Part shown: piece after piece, positions 38,221-47,110 of the stretch
Position numbering within the stretch: position 1 is the stretch's first letter
Layout: each line of letters opens with the position of its first letter
Source of the DNA: an uncultured Pelagibacteraceae bacterium
GTDB lineage: Bacteria > Pseudomonadota > Alphaproteobacteria > Pelagibacterales > Pelagibacteraceae
Length of the DNA: 64,000 nt
NCBI GenBank assembly: GCA_902587515.1
Contig: CACILM010000006.1
Coordinates: forward strand, 3,045 to 67,044
Direction: 5' to 3'
Program-made: the position numbers and the translations under genes
Notes under the pieces: model-generated
Seen by the model: only the letters and a program-made list of their open reading frames with translations
What the model was told of the DNA's origin: nothing
The model's database searches: none

Positions 38221-39291
38221 ATGACCAGTAATTTTTTTGAGATTCAAAATGGCAATTTTACTGCAAGTGAAAAAAATAAAGTAAATAAGGTAAATCTAGT
38301 AATAGAAAAACAGGGTGAGATTATTTCTTTGTTGGGTCCTTCTGGAATAGGTAAAACCACTATTCTAAGAACGATTGCCGGTTTACAAAAACTTAGCGGA
38401 GGTAAAATTAAACTTAGAGGTAGAATTTTATCTTCCGAAGAAATTCATATTGAACCAGAAAAAAGAAATGTGGCTCTTTCTTTCCAAGATAATTCTCTTT
38501 TTCCTAACTATAAAGTTATTGACAATATAAATTTTGGAAAAAAAAGATCTAATGGCCATGGATCGAATGTAGATGTTAAAGAAATAATCAAATTATTAAG
38601 AATTGAACCCATATTGGAAAAATACCCTCATCAAATAAGCGCTGGGGAGGCTCAACGGGTTTCATTAGCTAGATCGCTTATGTCTAAACCTGATTTATTA
38701 TTATTAGATGAACCTTTTTCAAACATAGATCAGAGTTTAAAGGAAGAAATACAGGTGTCCGTTAAAAAGCTTTTAAAAAGAATTAATTTAACAACCATCA
38801 TTGTAACACATGACTCATACGAGGCTTTTTCAATGGCTGATAAATGTGGAATTATTCTAGATCAAGAATTAAAGCAATACGATGTCCCTTACAATGTGCA
38901 CCATGAGCCAAATTCAATTGACGTTGCCAATTTTTTAAATAAAGGGATTTTTATCGATGTTCAGGTCGTGGATAGTGAATGCGCAGTTCACAGGTTAGAA
39001 CACGAAGAGTTGGGTGAAATAAGAGGTAAATTATCAAATAAATTTCCATCTGGCTCTAAAGTTAAACTTCTTTTACAACCCGAAGATTTAATCCATGATG
39101 ATCAAAGTAGATTAAAATTAGAGGTAGTAGACAGGAAGTTTAGAGGAACTAATTTTATATACACTCTAAAAACAAAAAAAGGGGAGCATTTACCTGTATT
39201 TGTTCACTCTCATCATATTCACCAACACGAAAAATCCGAACAATTTGGCGTAAAATCGCCGATTTATATTGACCACTTAGTATGTTTTTAA
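38221..39291 (+). CDS. Fe(3+) ABC transporter ATPase (FbpC type)
   Basis: 356 aa with Walker A GPSGIGKT, Walker B LLLLDEP and H-loop VTHD. The signature reads ISAGE rather than LSGGQ. Confidence 0.85.
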   Translation: MTSNFFEIQNGNFTASEKNKVNKVNLVIEKQGEIISLLGPSGIGKTTILRTIAGLQKLSGGKIKLRGRILSSEEIHIEPEKRNVALSFQDNSLFPNYKVIDNINFGKKRSNGHGSNVDVKEIIKLLRIEPILEKYPHQISAGEAQRVSLARSLMSKPDLLLLDEPFSNIDQSLKEEIQVSVKKLLKRINLTTIIVTHDSYEAFSMADKCGIILDQELKQYDVPYNVHHEPNSIDVANFLNKGIFIDVQVVDSECAVHRLEHEELGEIRGKLSNKFPSGSKVKLLLQPEDLIHDDQSRLKLEVVDRKFRGTNFIYTLKTKKGEHLPVFVHSHHIHQHEKSEQFGVKSPIYIDHLVCF

Positions 39292-39310
39292 GTAAATATA
39301 ATAATATTTG

Positions 39311-39387
39311 GCGCCCTTAGCTCAGCTGGATAGAGCATCGGTTTTCTAAACCGAGGGTCGTAGGTTCGAATCCTTCAGGGCGCGCCA
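39311..39387 (+). tRNA. tRNA-Arg (anticodon TCT)
   Basis: Hand-folded cloverleaf: acceptor GCGCCCT/AGGGCGC, D-arm GCTC..GAGC, anticodon stem TCGGT/ACCGA with loop TTTCTAA, T-arm GTAGG-TTCGAAT-CCTTC (one U-U mismatch), discriminator G, encoded CCA. Confidence 0.9.
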
Positions 39388-39409
39388 ATCCTTAAAGTGC
39401 AAATTCTTA

Positions 39410-40453
39410 ATGATTAAAACAAATTTTAAAAAAAAATTCGAAGATTTTTGTAAATCAAAAAAATATGAGAAAAATGAAAAACAATTTGAAATAGTCAATT
39501 TATTGGAAAATTTCCTTAAAAGTAAAACAAAATCCTTACTTTTTTTCAAAAATAGAAATTTTAAAACTTGTTTTTATCTACATGGTAACGTTGGTGTGGG
39601 TAAAACCATGATACTTAATTTTGCATACGATACAGTAAAAGTAAATAAAATGAAAAGTCATTTTAATGAATTTATGATTAGATTTCATGATTTTAGACAC
39701 GAAAAAAAAGACGACAAATCAATTCTTGAATTTGTAAAAGTGCTTAAAAACAAATATGAATTGATCTATTTAGATGAATTTCAGGTAACTAATATCGTTG
39801 ATGCAATGATACTAGGTAAATTGTTCGAGACAATTTTTTTAGAAGAAATTAAAGTCATCATTTCAAGTAATACAAAAGTGAGTGATCTTTATAGGGACGG
39901 ATTACAAAGAGAACAATTTTTACCTTTTATCAATATTATTGAAAAAAACTCAATACAAAAAGAATTACTCTTAGATGATGATTATAGAATCCAGAAAAAA
40001 GATAAAAACCAGAAAATTTTTTATCCCATAAACGAAAAAAACTTATTTAATATCAATCAAAATTTCAGAGTTTTAACAAGAAATCTTAAAAAAGAAGAAA
40101 AATTGATTAATACAAAAGGAAGGAAATTTAAAATTGATAATTATTATGAGGGTGTGGCCAGGTTTTATTTTAGAGAATTATGTGATGAAAATTTAGGAGC
40201 CGAAGACTATTTAAATATAGCTAACATTTGTAAGCATATTTTCATTGAAGAAATTCCTAATTTTGACGAATATAATTCCAACCAACAATTAAGATTTATT
40301 ACTTTAATCGATATTTTGTATGATAAAAAAATCAGCTTAACTTTATCTTTGGAGTCAGAGCTTAAAAAAATAAGTTCTTCCAAAAAACATTCTGAGATAT
40401 TTAAAAGAACAGTAAGTAGACTTTACGAAATGACATTATCAAAAAATACTTGA
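39410..40453 (+). CDS. zapE: AFG1/ZapE-family ATPase
   Basis: 347 aa with Walker A GNVGVGKT, Walker B IYLDEFQV and the overall AFG1-like layout. Confidence 0.8.
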   Translation: MIKTNFKKKFEDFCKSKKYEKNEKQFEIVNLLENFLKSKTKSLLFFKNRNFKTCFYLHGNVGVGKTMILNFAYDTVKVNKMKSHFNEFMIRFHDFRHEKKDDKSILEFVKVLKNKYELIYLDEFQVTNIVDAMILGKLFETIFLEEIKVIISSNTKVSDLYRDGLQREQFLPFINIIEKNSIQKELLLDDDYRIQKKDKNQKIFYPINEKNLFNINQNFRVLTRNLKKEEKLINTKGRKFKIDNYYEGVARFYFRELCDENLGAEDYLNIANICKHIFIEEIPNFDEYNSNQQLRFITLIDILYDKKISLTLSLESELKKISSSKKHSEIFKRTVSRLYEMTLSKNT

Positions 40454-40611
40454 TTTTAAGTTGTATTTAAAGATATTTAGTTAAAATAAGTGAATATTAG
40501 CCTAGATGTTGAGCCCCATAGAATTGAAGTCACTAAAAAATAAATTATATTAAGACTGTTTTGAATTCTTAATTCAAAAATATTGTTAACAATAATAAAA
40601 GGAAATCTTAA

Positions 40612-41658
40612 ATGATGAAATCTATCAAAACTTGGATTTTAATTGGATTTGCATCTTTACTTTTGGTCGCTTGCGGTCAAGGTGGAGGAGGAGCAGGTTC
40701 AAAAAAATCTAAAACTCTAGACAATACTAAGAAAGCTGGGTTTGTGAAATGTGGAGTTTCACAAGGTCTACCTGGTTTCTCTAATGCTGATGCATCAGGA
40801 AACTGGTCTGGTATTGACGTGGATGTATGTAGAGCTGTTGCAGCTGCTGTTTTAGGTGACGCTGATAAAGTTAAATATACTCCATTAAGTGCAAAGGAAA
40901 GATTCACAGCTTTAACTTCTGGTGAAATCGATGTTCTTGCACGTAACACAACTTGGACATTATCAAGAGACGCTGACATTGGTTTAACTTTTGTTGGTGT
41001 AAACTTTTACGATGGACAAGGTTTCATGGTGAGAAAAAATTCTGGAATCAATTCAGTAAATGATTTCAAAGATGGTATTTCTGCTTGTACAAACACAGGT
41101 ACAACTACCGAGCTTAACATGAGAGACTTCTTCAATTCAAAAAACATCAAGTATGAACCAATTGCGTTTGAAAAAGCAGACGAAGTTGTTCAAGCTTATG
41201 ACGCAGGAAGATGTGATACTTATACAACTGATAAATCTGGTTTAGCGGCACAAAGAACAAAAATGTCAAATCCAGATGATCACAAAGTATTACCTGAAAC
41301 GATTTCTAAAGAACCATTAGGTCCTGTTGTAAGACAAGGGGATGCAGTATGGGAAGATATCGTAAGATGGTCTCTAAATACTATGATCGAAGCGGAAGAA
41401 TATGGAGTTAACTCATCAAATGCTTCTAGCCTAAAAGACTCTGATAACCCAGCTATCAAGAGATTAGTTGGATCTGAAGGTGAATTAGGTGCAGCTTTCG
41501 GTTTAGATAATGACTGGAGCTTAAGAATTATCGAGCAAGTTGGTAACTACGGTGAAAGCTATAAAAAACATATAGCTGATACTGGAATTTTACCTAATAG
41601 AGGTCCAAATCAATTATGGACTAAAGGTGGAATTCTTTACGTACCACCAGCAAGATAA
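40612..41658 (+). CDS. aapJ: General L-amino-acid ABC transporter binding protein (AapJ/YhdW type), predicted lipoprotein
   Basis: 348 aa family-3 binding protein, followed by aapQMP-type genes. The N-terminus carries a lipobox LVAC followed by GQGGGGAGS. Confidence 0.85.
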   Translation: MMKSIKTWILIGFASLLLVACGQGGGGAGSKKSKTLDNTKKAGFVKCGVSQGLPGFSNADASGNWSGIDVDVCRAVAAAVLGDADKVKYTPLSAKERFTALTSGEIDVLARNTTWTLSRDADIGLTFVGVNFYDGQGFMVRKNSGINSVNDFKDGISACTNTGTTTELNMRDFFNSKNIKYEPIAFEKADEVVQAYDAGRCDTYTTDKSGLAAQRTKMSNPDDHKVLPETISKEPLGPVVRQGDAVWEDIVRWSLNTMIEAEEYGVNSSNASSLKDSDNPAIKRLVGSEGELGAAFGLDNDWSLRIIEQVGNYGESYKKHIADTGILPNRGPNQLWTKGGILYVPPAR

Positions 41659-41677
41659 TTGCTAATAAAATTAAAAA

Positions 41678-41706
41678 GGGCTGGATTAATCTGGCCCTTT
41701 TTTTTA
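41678..41706 (+). terminator. Rho-independent terminator/attenuator after aapJ
   Basis: GGGCTGGA-ttaa-TCTGGCCC forms an 8-bp stem with two G-U pairs, followed by a T9 run. Confidence 0.6.
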
Positions 41707-41717
41707 TTCTCAAAACA

Positions 41718-42893
41718 ATGATTTTTAAAAAATTCAATATTGAAAACAAAAAAGCAAGAGATTTAATTCCTCAAGTAATAACTGTTTTAGCTTTACTTTC
41801 TGTAATTATTTATTTTGCAACTAATGCTCAAATTAACATGGGCAATAGAGGAATATCTTTTGGATTTGGTTTTTTAAATCAGGAAGCATCATTTGATATT
41901 ACTTTTTCAATGATTGAGTATGACGGCTCGCGTTCGTATGGAAGAGCATTTTTAGTAGGTTTGTTAAATACGATTTTAGTTTCAGCAATCGGAATATTTT
42001 TTGCAACAATAGCTGGTGTAATTGTTGGGGTATCTAGATTATCTGACAATTATTTAATTGCAAAAGTTGCTGAGTGGTATGTAGAAATTTTTAGAAATAT
42101 TCCTTTAATATTGCAAATTTTTTTCTGGTATTTTGCAGCATTACGAGCTTTACCTCTACCTGAAAACGGCATTAGTTTTAATGATATTTCATTTTTAACG
42201 ATTAAGGGGTGGTATGTTCCAAAATTTATATGGACAAATTTTAATATTTTTATTTTATCCGTAATAGCTGCATTTATAGCAATTTATTTTGTAAATTCTT
42301 ATGCAACAAAACAAAGGGAGCAGTTTGGAAAACAGTTGCCAACTACAACAATTTCTTTATCAACATTAATATTAATTCCTTTAATTACTTTTCTTTTTTT
42401 TGGTGTTTCTCTTAATTTTGAATATCCAGTTTTAAAACAACTTTCACCGACAGTTTACACTTACGAAGGTGGAGTTAGTATTATTCCTGAATTGATCGCT
42501 TTAGCTTTAGCTTTATCAATGTATACTGCTACATTTATTGCAGAAAATGTTAGAGCCGGAATTCTTGGAGTTAGCAAAGGTCAAAAAGAAGCTGCAGCAA
42601 GTATTGGCTTAAATAAAAATCAAATATTAAAACTAGTGGTGATGCCGCAAGCATTAAGAATTATTATTCCACCAACTACAAACCAATATTTAAACTTAAC
42701 AAAAAATTCCTCATTAGCTGCCGCTATTGCGTATCCCGACATTGTATTAGTTTTTGCTGGTACAGCACTCATGCAAACCGGAAGGGCAATTGAAATTATT
42801 TCTATAACTATGCTTACTTACTTAACTTTAAGTATCTTAATTTCTATATTTATGAATTGGTATAATAAAAAAATGGCTATAAAGGAAAAATAA
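41718..42893 (+). CDS. aapQ: Amino-acid ABC transporter permease (AapQ/YhdX type)
   Basis: 391 aa polytopic protein with an EAA-loop region (GQKEAAASIGLNKNQ). Confidence 0.85.
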   Translation: MIFKKFNIENKKARDLIPQVITVLALLSVIIYFATNAQINMGNRGISFGFGFLNQEASFDITFSMIEYDGSRSYGRAFLVGLLNTILVSAIGIFFATIAGVIVGVSRLSDNYLIAKVAEWYVEIFRNIPLILQIFFWYFAALRALPLPENGISFNDISFLTIKGWYVPKFIWTNFNIFILSVIAAFIAIYFVNSYATKQREQFGKQLPTTTISLSTLILIPLITFLFFGVSLNFEYPVLKQLSPTVYTYEGGVSIIPELIALALALSMYTATFIAENVRAGILGVSKGQKEAAASIGLNKNQILKLVVMPQALRIIIPPTTNQYLNLTKNSSLAAAIAYPDIVLVFAGTALMQTGRAIEIISITMLTYLTLSILISIFMNWYNKKMAIKEK

Positions 42894-44146
42894 TGAAATT
42901 AATTGCTAAACCATCAAAAGAAAATATTAAAACTTATGTTCCTACAGGTTTGTTTCTTGTTTTTTTAAGTTTTTTTGATGTTTTTGCTAATGCCTTTTTT
43001 AATTTCAATTTAATGGCTTTTTTACCTTCTCAATTAAGTTATTTTTTACCGTTGTTATTAGGTTTTGTTGGATTTTATCTTATTAGAATTGAATTTAGCG
43101 GTGTTCATTCTTTAGATATTTTGAATAAAAATATCAATTCTAATAATTTCAACGCTTTTTTAACTCTTTTAACGGTTTTTATAATAATAAAATCTATTCC
43201 CCCTCTATTAAATTGGTTTGTTTTAGAAGCTAATTTTGTAGGGGACTCCAAAGATGATTGCACAGGAAAAGGTGCTTGCTGGGTGTTCATAAAGGTTTGG
43301 TTTAATAGATTTATGTATGGACTTTATCCAGATGGTGAGCAATGGAGAATTAATACTGCATTTTTGATCTTATTTGCCGTCGTGGGTATTTCGTTTTTTG
43401 TTAAACAAAAAATTAAAAAATACTTCATCTTGTTTTTAATTTTTGTATACCCATTTTTAGGTATTGAATTAATTTCTGGGGGTAATTTCGGTTTAAAATA
43501 TGTTGAAACCGCTGCATGGGGAGGATTATCTCTAACTTTTATCATTTCAGCATTCGCAATATTATTTTGCTTTCCAATAGGTGTATTTCTCGCGTTAGGC
43601 AGAAGATCTTCTTTGCCAGCCATAAGATATATTTCAATTGGATTTATTGAGTTGTGGAGAGGAGTTCCATTAATTACAGTTTTATTTATGTCAGCGGTAA
43701 TGTTTCCTATGTTTTTACCTGATGGAACATTTATAGATAAATTAATTAGAGTTTTAATAGCCATTACTTTGTTCGAGGCAGCTTATATGGCAGAAGTTGT
43801 TAGAGGTGGATTACAAGCTTTACCTAAGGGGCAATATGAGGCTGCAAGATCTTTGGGTATGGGCTATTGGAAAATGAACTTATTAATCATATTACCTCAA
43901 GCACTCAAACTAGTAATTCCTGGTATAGCTAACACTCTATTAGCTTTAGTAAAAGATACACCTTTAATTTTTGTGGTAGGATTGATGGAATTAGCTGGTA
44001 TGATAGGTTTAGCTAAAACTAATCCCAAATGGCTTGGCATGGCGATGGAAGGATATGTATTTGCGGGTTTAGTTTTCTGGATAATATGTTATGCAATGAG
44101 TAGATATAGTCAGAATTTAGAAAAAAAATTAAGCACTGAAAGATAA
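42893..44146 (+). CDS. aapM: Amino-acid ABC transporter permease (AapM/YhdY type)
   Basis: 417 aa polytopic protein with an EAA-loop region ([14 protein letters not shown]). Confidence 0.85.
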   Translation: MKLIAKPSKENIKTYVPTGLFLVFLSFFDVFANAFFNFNLMAFLPSQLSYFLPLLLGFVGFYLIRIEFSGVHSLDILNKNINSNNFNAFLTLLTVFIIIKSIPPLLNWFVLEANFVGDSKDDCTGKGACWVFIKVWFNRFMYGLYPDGEQWRINTAFLILFAVVGISFFVKQKIKKYFILFLIFVYPFLGIELISGGNFGLKYVETAAWGGLSLTFIISAFAILFCFPIGVFLALGRRSSLPAIRYISIGFIELWRGVPLITVLFMSAVMFPMFLPDGTFIDKLIRVLIAITLFEAAYMAEVVRGGLQALPKGQYEAARSLGMGYWKMNLLIILPQALKLVIPGIANTLLALVKDTPLIFVVGLMELAGMIGLAKTNPKWLGMAMEGYVFAGLVFWIICYAMSRYSQNLEKKLSTER

Positions 44147-44147
44147 A

Positions 44148-44879
44148 ATGGGAAAAATAATAGAATTAAAAAAAGTAAATAAATGGTTCGATAAATTTCA
44201 AGTTCTTAAAGATATTGATTTGGATGTTGCGCCTCAAGAAAAAATAGTAATTTGTGGACCTTCAGGTTCAGGAAAATCTACTTTAATTAGATGTATAAAC
44301 AGACTAGAGGAACATCAAAAAGGAAATATAACAGTTGATGGAACTGAGCTTTCTGAGAGTACAAAAAATATTGAAAAAATAAGAGCAGAAGTAGGTATGG
44401 TATTCCAACAATTTAATTTATTCCCACATTTATCAATTTTAGACAACTGCACGTTAGCACCTATTTGGGTAAAAAAATTACCTAAAAAAGAAGCTGAAGA
44501 AGTTGCGATGAAAAATTTAACTAGAGTTCAAATAGATGATCAAGCTTTAAAATTTCCTGGTCAACTTTCAGGAGGCCAACAACAAAGAGCAGCGATAGCG
44601 AGAGCACTTTGTATGGAACCAAAAATCATGTTATTTGATGAACCAACCTCCGCACTAGACCCTGAAATGATTAAAGAAGTTTTAGATGTGATGGTTGATC
44701 TAGCTAAAGGCGGAATGACTATGATTGTAGTAACTCATGAGATGGGTTTTGCAAAAGAGGTTGCAGATTATATGATCTTTATGGATGAAGGAAAAATAGT
44801 TGAGAGAGCAAAAACAAAAGATTTTTTTGAAAATCCTAAAAATGAAAGAACCAAACTTTTTTTAAGTCAAATATTATAA
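44148..44879 (+). CDS. aapP: Amino-acid ABC transporter ATPase (AapP/YhdZ type)
   Basis: 243 aa with canonical [28 protein letters not shown] and VTHEM motifs. Confidence 0.9.
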   Translation: MGKIIELKKVNKWFDKFQVLKDIDLDVAPQEKIVICGPSGSGKSTLIRCINRLEEHQKGNITVDGTELSESTKNIEKIRAEVGMVFQQFNLFPHLSILDNCTLAPIWVKKLPKKEAEEVAMKNLTRVQIDDQALKFPGQLSGGQQQRAAIARALCMEPKIMLFDEPTSALDPEMIKEVLDVMVDLAKGGMTMIVVTHEMGFAKEVADYMIFMDEGKIVERAKTKDFFENPKNERTKLFLSQIL

Positions 44880-45869
44880 CCATTTTGGAATTGGTAAATT
44901 TTTACTTTTCAAAAAATCTTTATTAAAAATCTTGCTAGCATATCTCTTGCCGTGGTCACAAAGTATAGTGACTATATTTTTTCCTGGCCCCATTTTTTTT
45001 GCAAGTTTAATTGCTCCTGCAATATTTATTCCTGAAGAACCCCCTAAAATAATTTTTTGTTTTTCTATCAAATCATAAACTATATTTAGAGCCTCAGTAT
45101 CATTTGTTTGAAAAGCATCATCAATTAATGCTTTATCAAAATTTTTGGTAATCCTTGCAGTGCCAATACCTTCAGTAATTGAATTACCTGAACTCTCTAA
45201 TTTCTTATTTTTAATATAAGAAAATAACGAGGATCCCATTGGATCAGATAATGCAATTTTAATATCTTTATTTCTATTTTTTAAACCAATAGATACACCA
45301 GCTAAAGTACCTCCTGTTCCAACTGCACAAGTAAATCCGTCAATAGATCCCGCAGTTTGGCTCCATATTTCCTCTGCTGTAGTTTTAATATGTGCTTCAG
45401 TATTAATTACATTATCAAACTGGTTAGCCCAATAGACACCATTTTTACTTATTTTATTTAAATCATCAGCAATTTGTTTTGATTGTTTAATATAATTTTT
45501 TGGATCAGAATACGGGACAGCATCAACTTCAATCAGCTCTGCTCCAAGTTTTATTAAAGTTTCTTTTTTTTCAATCGATTGGGTTTTTGGAATTACTATT
45601 TTTAAATTTAGATCATATTCTTTGCAAACAATAGCTAATCCAATACCAGTATTTCCGGCAGTGCCTTCAACTATTGTCCCACCTTTTGAAATAAGTTTTC
45701 TTTTAATTGCATCCTCTACTATAAATAACGCAGCTCTATCCTTAACTGACTCTCCAGGGTTAAAATATTCGGCCTTTCCATAAATATTACATCCTGTCAA
45801 TTCTGAGGCTTGTTTTAGCTTTACTAATGGTGTATTTCCAATTTGAGATATAATTGTATTAGTTTCCAT
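44874..45869 (-). CDS. PLP-dependent cysteine synthase / cystathionine beta-synthase family enzyme
   Basis: 331 aa with the [15 protein letters not shown] (PLP lysine), GTAGNTG and GTGGT motifs. Confidence 0.8.
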   Translation of the reverse strand: METNTIISQIGNTPLVKLKQASELTGCNIYGKAEYFNPGESVKDRAALFIVEDAIKRKLISKGGTIVEGTAGNTGIGLAIVCKEYDLNLKIVIPKTQSIEKKETLIKLGAELIEVDAVPYSDPKNYIKQSKQIADDLNKISKNGVYWANQFDNVINTEAHIKTTAEEIWSQTAGSIDGFTCAVGTGGTLAGVSIGLKNRNKDIKIALSDPMGSSLFSYIKNKKLESSGNSITEGIGTARITKNFDKALIDDAFQTNDTEALNIVYDLIEKQKIILGGSSGINIAGAIKLAKKMGPGKNIVTILCDHGKRYASKIFNKDFLKSKNLPIPKWL

Positions 45870-45881
45870 ATCATTAAATAT

Positions 45882-46565
45882 ATGAAAAAATATTTACTTT
45901 CAATTGCTATAATATTCTTTTTAACTATAGAAATTAAAGCTCATGTAGATCATTATTCAAAATATAATTATTTAGAATATGAATTATTTAGAAATAACAA
46001 ACCAATAGGGTATCATAAGTATAATTTTAAGAGAGATAATGGCAACCTTATCGTAGATAGCGAGGTGAGCTTTAAAATTACAAAACTTGGTGTAGATCTT
46101 TACAAATATTATGCAAAAAGTGTAGAGACTTACAAAAAAGGGGTTTTTTCAGGTTTCAATTCCGAAACAAATCAAAATAAAAAAGAAAAATATGTAAATA
46201 TTACTATAGATTCGAAAGACAATAATCTAATTATAGATGGCTCATCTTTCAAAGGAAAAGTAGATAAAGATTTGATAATTGGAACATGGTGGAATCATGA
46301 AATTGTTCAAAAAAAAGCTCAAATTAGCGCCGTCTCAGGTAGAATTATTGAGCAAAAAGTTGAATTTATAGGAAAAGAGGAGGTTAAAATTGAAGACAAA
46401 GTTTATAAAACCTTACGTTTCAATTTTAGTTCTTCTGATCCAAGTTTATCCAAAGACAAAAAATTAAATACAGACATTTGGTATGAGGAGGAAACATTTC
46501 TTTGGGTGAAAGCAGCTTTTGATAAAACAGGTTATTGGGAATATAGGCTTAAAAAAGTAAAATAA
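45882..46565 (+). CDS. Secreted hypothetical protein, predicted beta-rich
   Basis: The signal peptide MKKYLLSIAIIFFLTIEIKA starts at the internal Met. The track start at 45843 would overlap the divergent gene. I have a vague resemblance to a DUF-only alphaproteobacterial family but cannot name it confidently. Confidence 0.5.
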   Translation: MKKYLLSIAIIFFLTIEIKAHVDHYSKYNYLEYELFRNNKPIGYHKYNFKRDNGNLIVDSEVSFKITKLGVDLYKYYAKSVETYKKGVFSGFNSETNQNKKEKYVNITIDSKDNNLIIDGSSFKGKVDKDLIIGTWWNHEIVQKKAQISAVSGRIIEQKVEFIGKEEVKIEDKVYKTLRFNFSSSDPSLSKDKKLNTDIWYEEETFLWVKAAFDKTGYWEYRLKKVK

Positions 46566-46707
46566 TATAATTTGCCACTCTATTTTTTTGAATTAGTCAA
46601 TACAAAATATACGTTATTTTAGCCTTTCTGACCCCCCAAAAAAAAAAATTATATGTATTGCTAAAAAGTTCATTTTGAGGTTTTATTATTAAAATTTAGG
46701 GAGTTCT

Positions 46708-47073
46708 ATGGAAGAAAATTTCAATATTCATTTAGGAAAAAAGCTAAGGATGCGTAGATTGTCTTTAGGATTAACACAAACAAAAGTCGCACAAGCAATA
46801 AATGTAACCTTTCAACAAATTCAAAAATACGAAAAAGGCACTAATGGTGTTAGTTCTAACCGCCTAATGCAATTATCCCAATTTTTAAAGGTTCCAATAA
46901 TATACTTTTTTGAGGATTTTAAAGAATTTAAAGATGTAAGTTTAGGTGAGGTTACAAATGATGATTTAAACTATTCATTTTTAAGCAGAACATTTGCATC
47001 TTTGTCTAAAATTCAAAAAGAGAAAATTTTACAAATATTAAATAATACGTCTAAATTTGAAAAAGTCGGCTAA
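46708..47073 (+). CDS. XRE-family helix-turn-helix transcriptional regulator
   Basis: 121 aa containing LGKKLRMRRLSLGLTQTKVAQAINVTFQQIQKYEKGTNGVSSNRL, a classic Cro/C1-type HTH pattern common in alphaproteobacteria. Confidence 0.8.
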   Translation: MEENFNIHLGKKLRMRRLSLGLTQTKVAQAINVTFQQIQKYEKGTNGVSSNRLMQLSQFLKVPIIYFFEDFKEFKDVSLGEVTNDDLNYSFLSRTFASLSKIQKEKILQILNNTSKFEKVG

Positions 47074-47110
47074 ATAACATAATATTGTCTTATACGGTAT
47101 TTTATATAAG

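Noticed and set aside
38221-39291. FbpC-type ATPase with signature ISAGE instead of LSGGQ; I considered it a possible inactive ATPase.
   Set aside because: The Ser and the second Gly, which contact ATP, are retained, and Walker A, Walker B and the H-loop are canonical. As a homodimer it has no consensus partner to compensate. The substitution is most likely tolerated rather than inactivating.
39346-39549. 67-aa minus-strand ORF spanning the tRNA-Arg gene and the zapE 5-prime end.
   Set aside because: It overlaps a well-folding tRNA and the start of a conserved ATPase gene, so it is not credible as coding.
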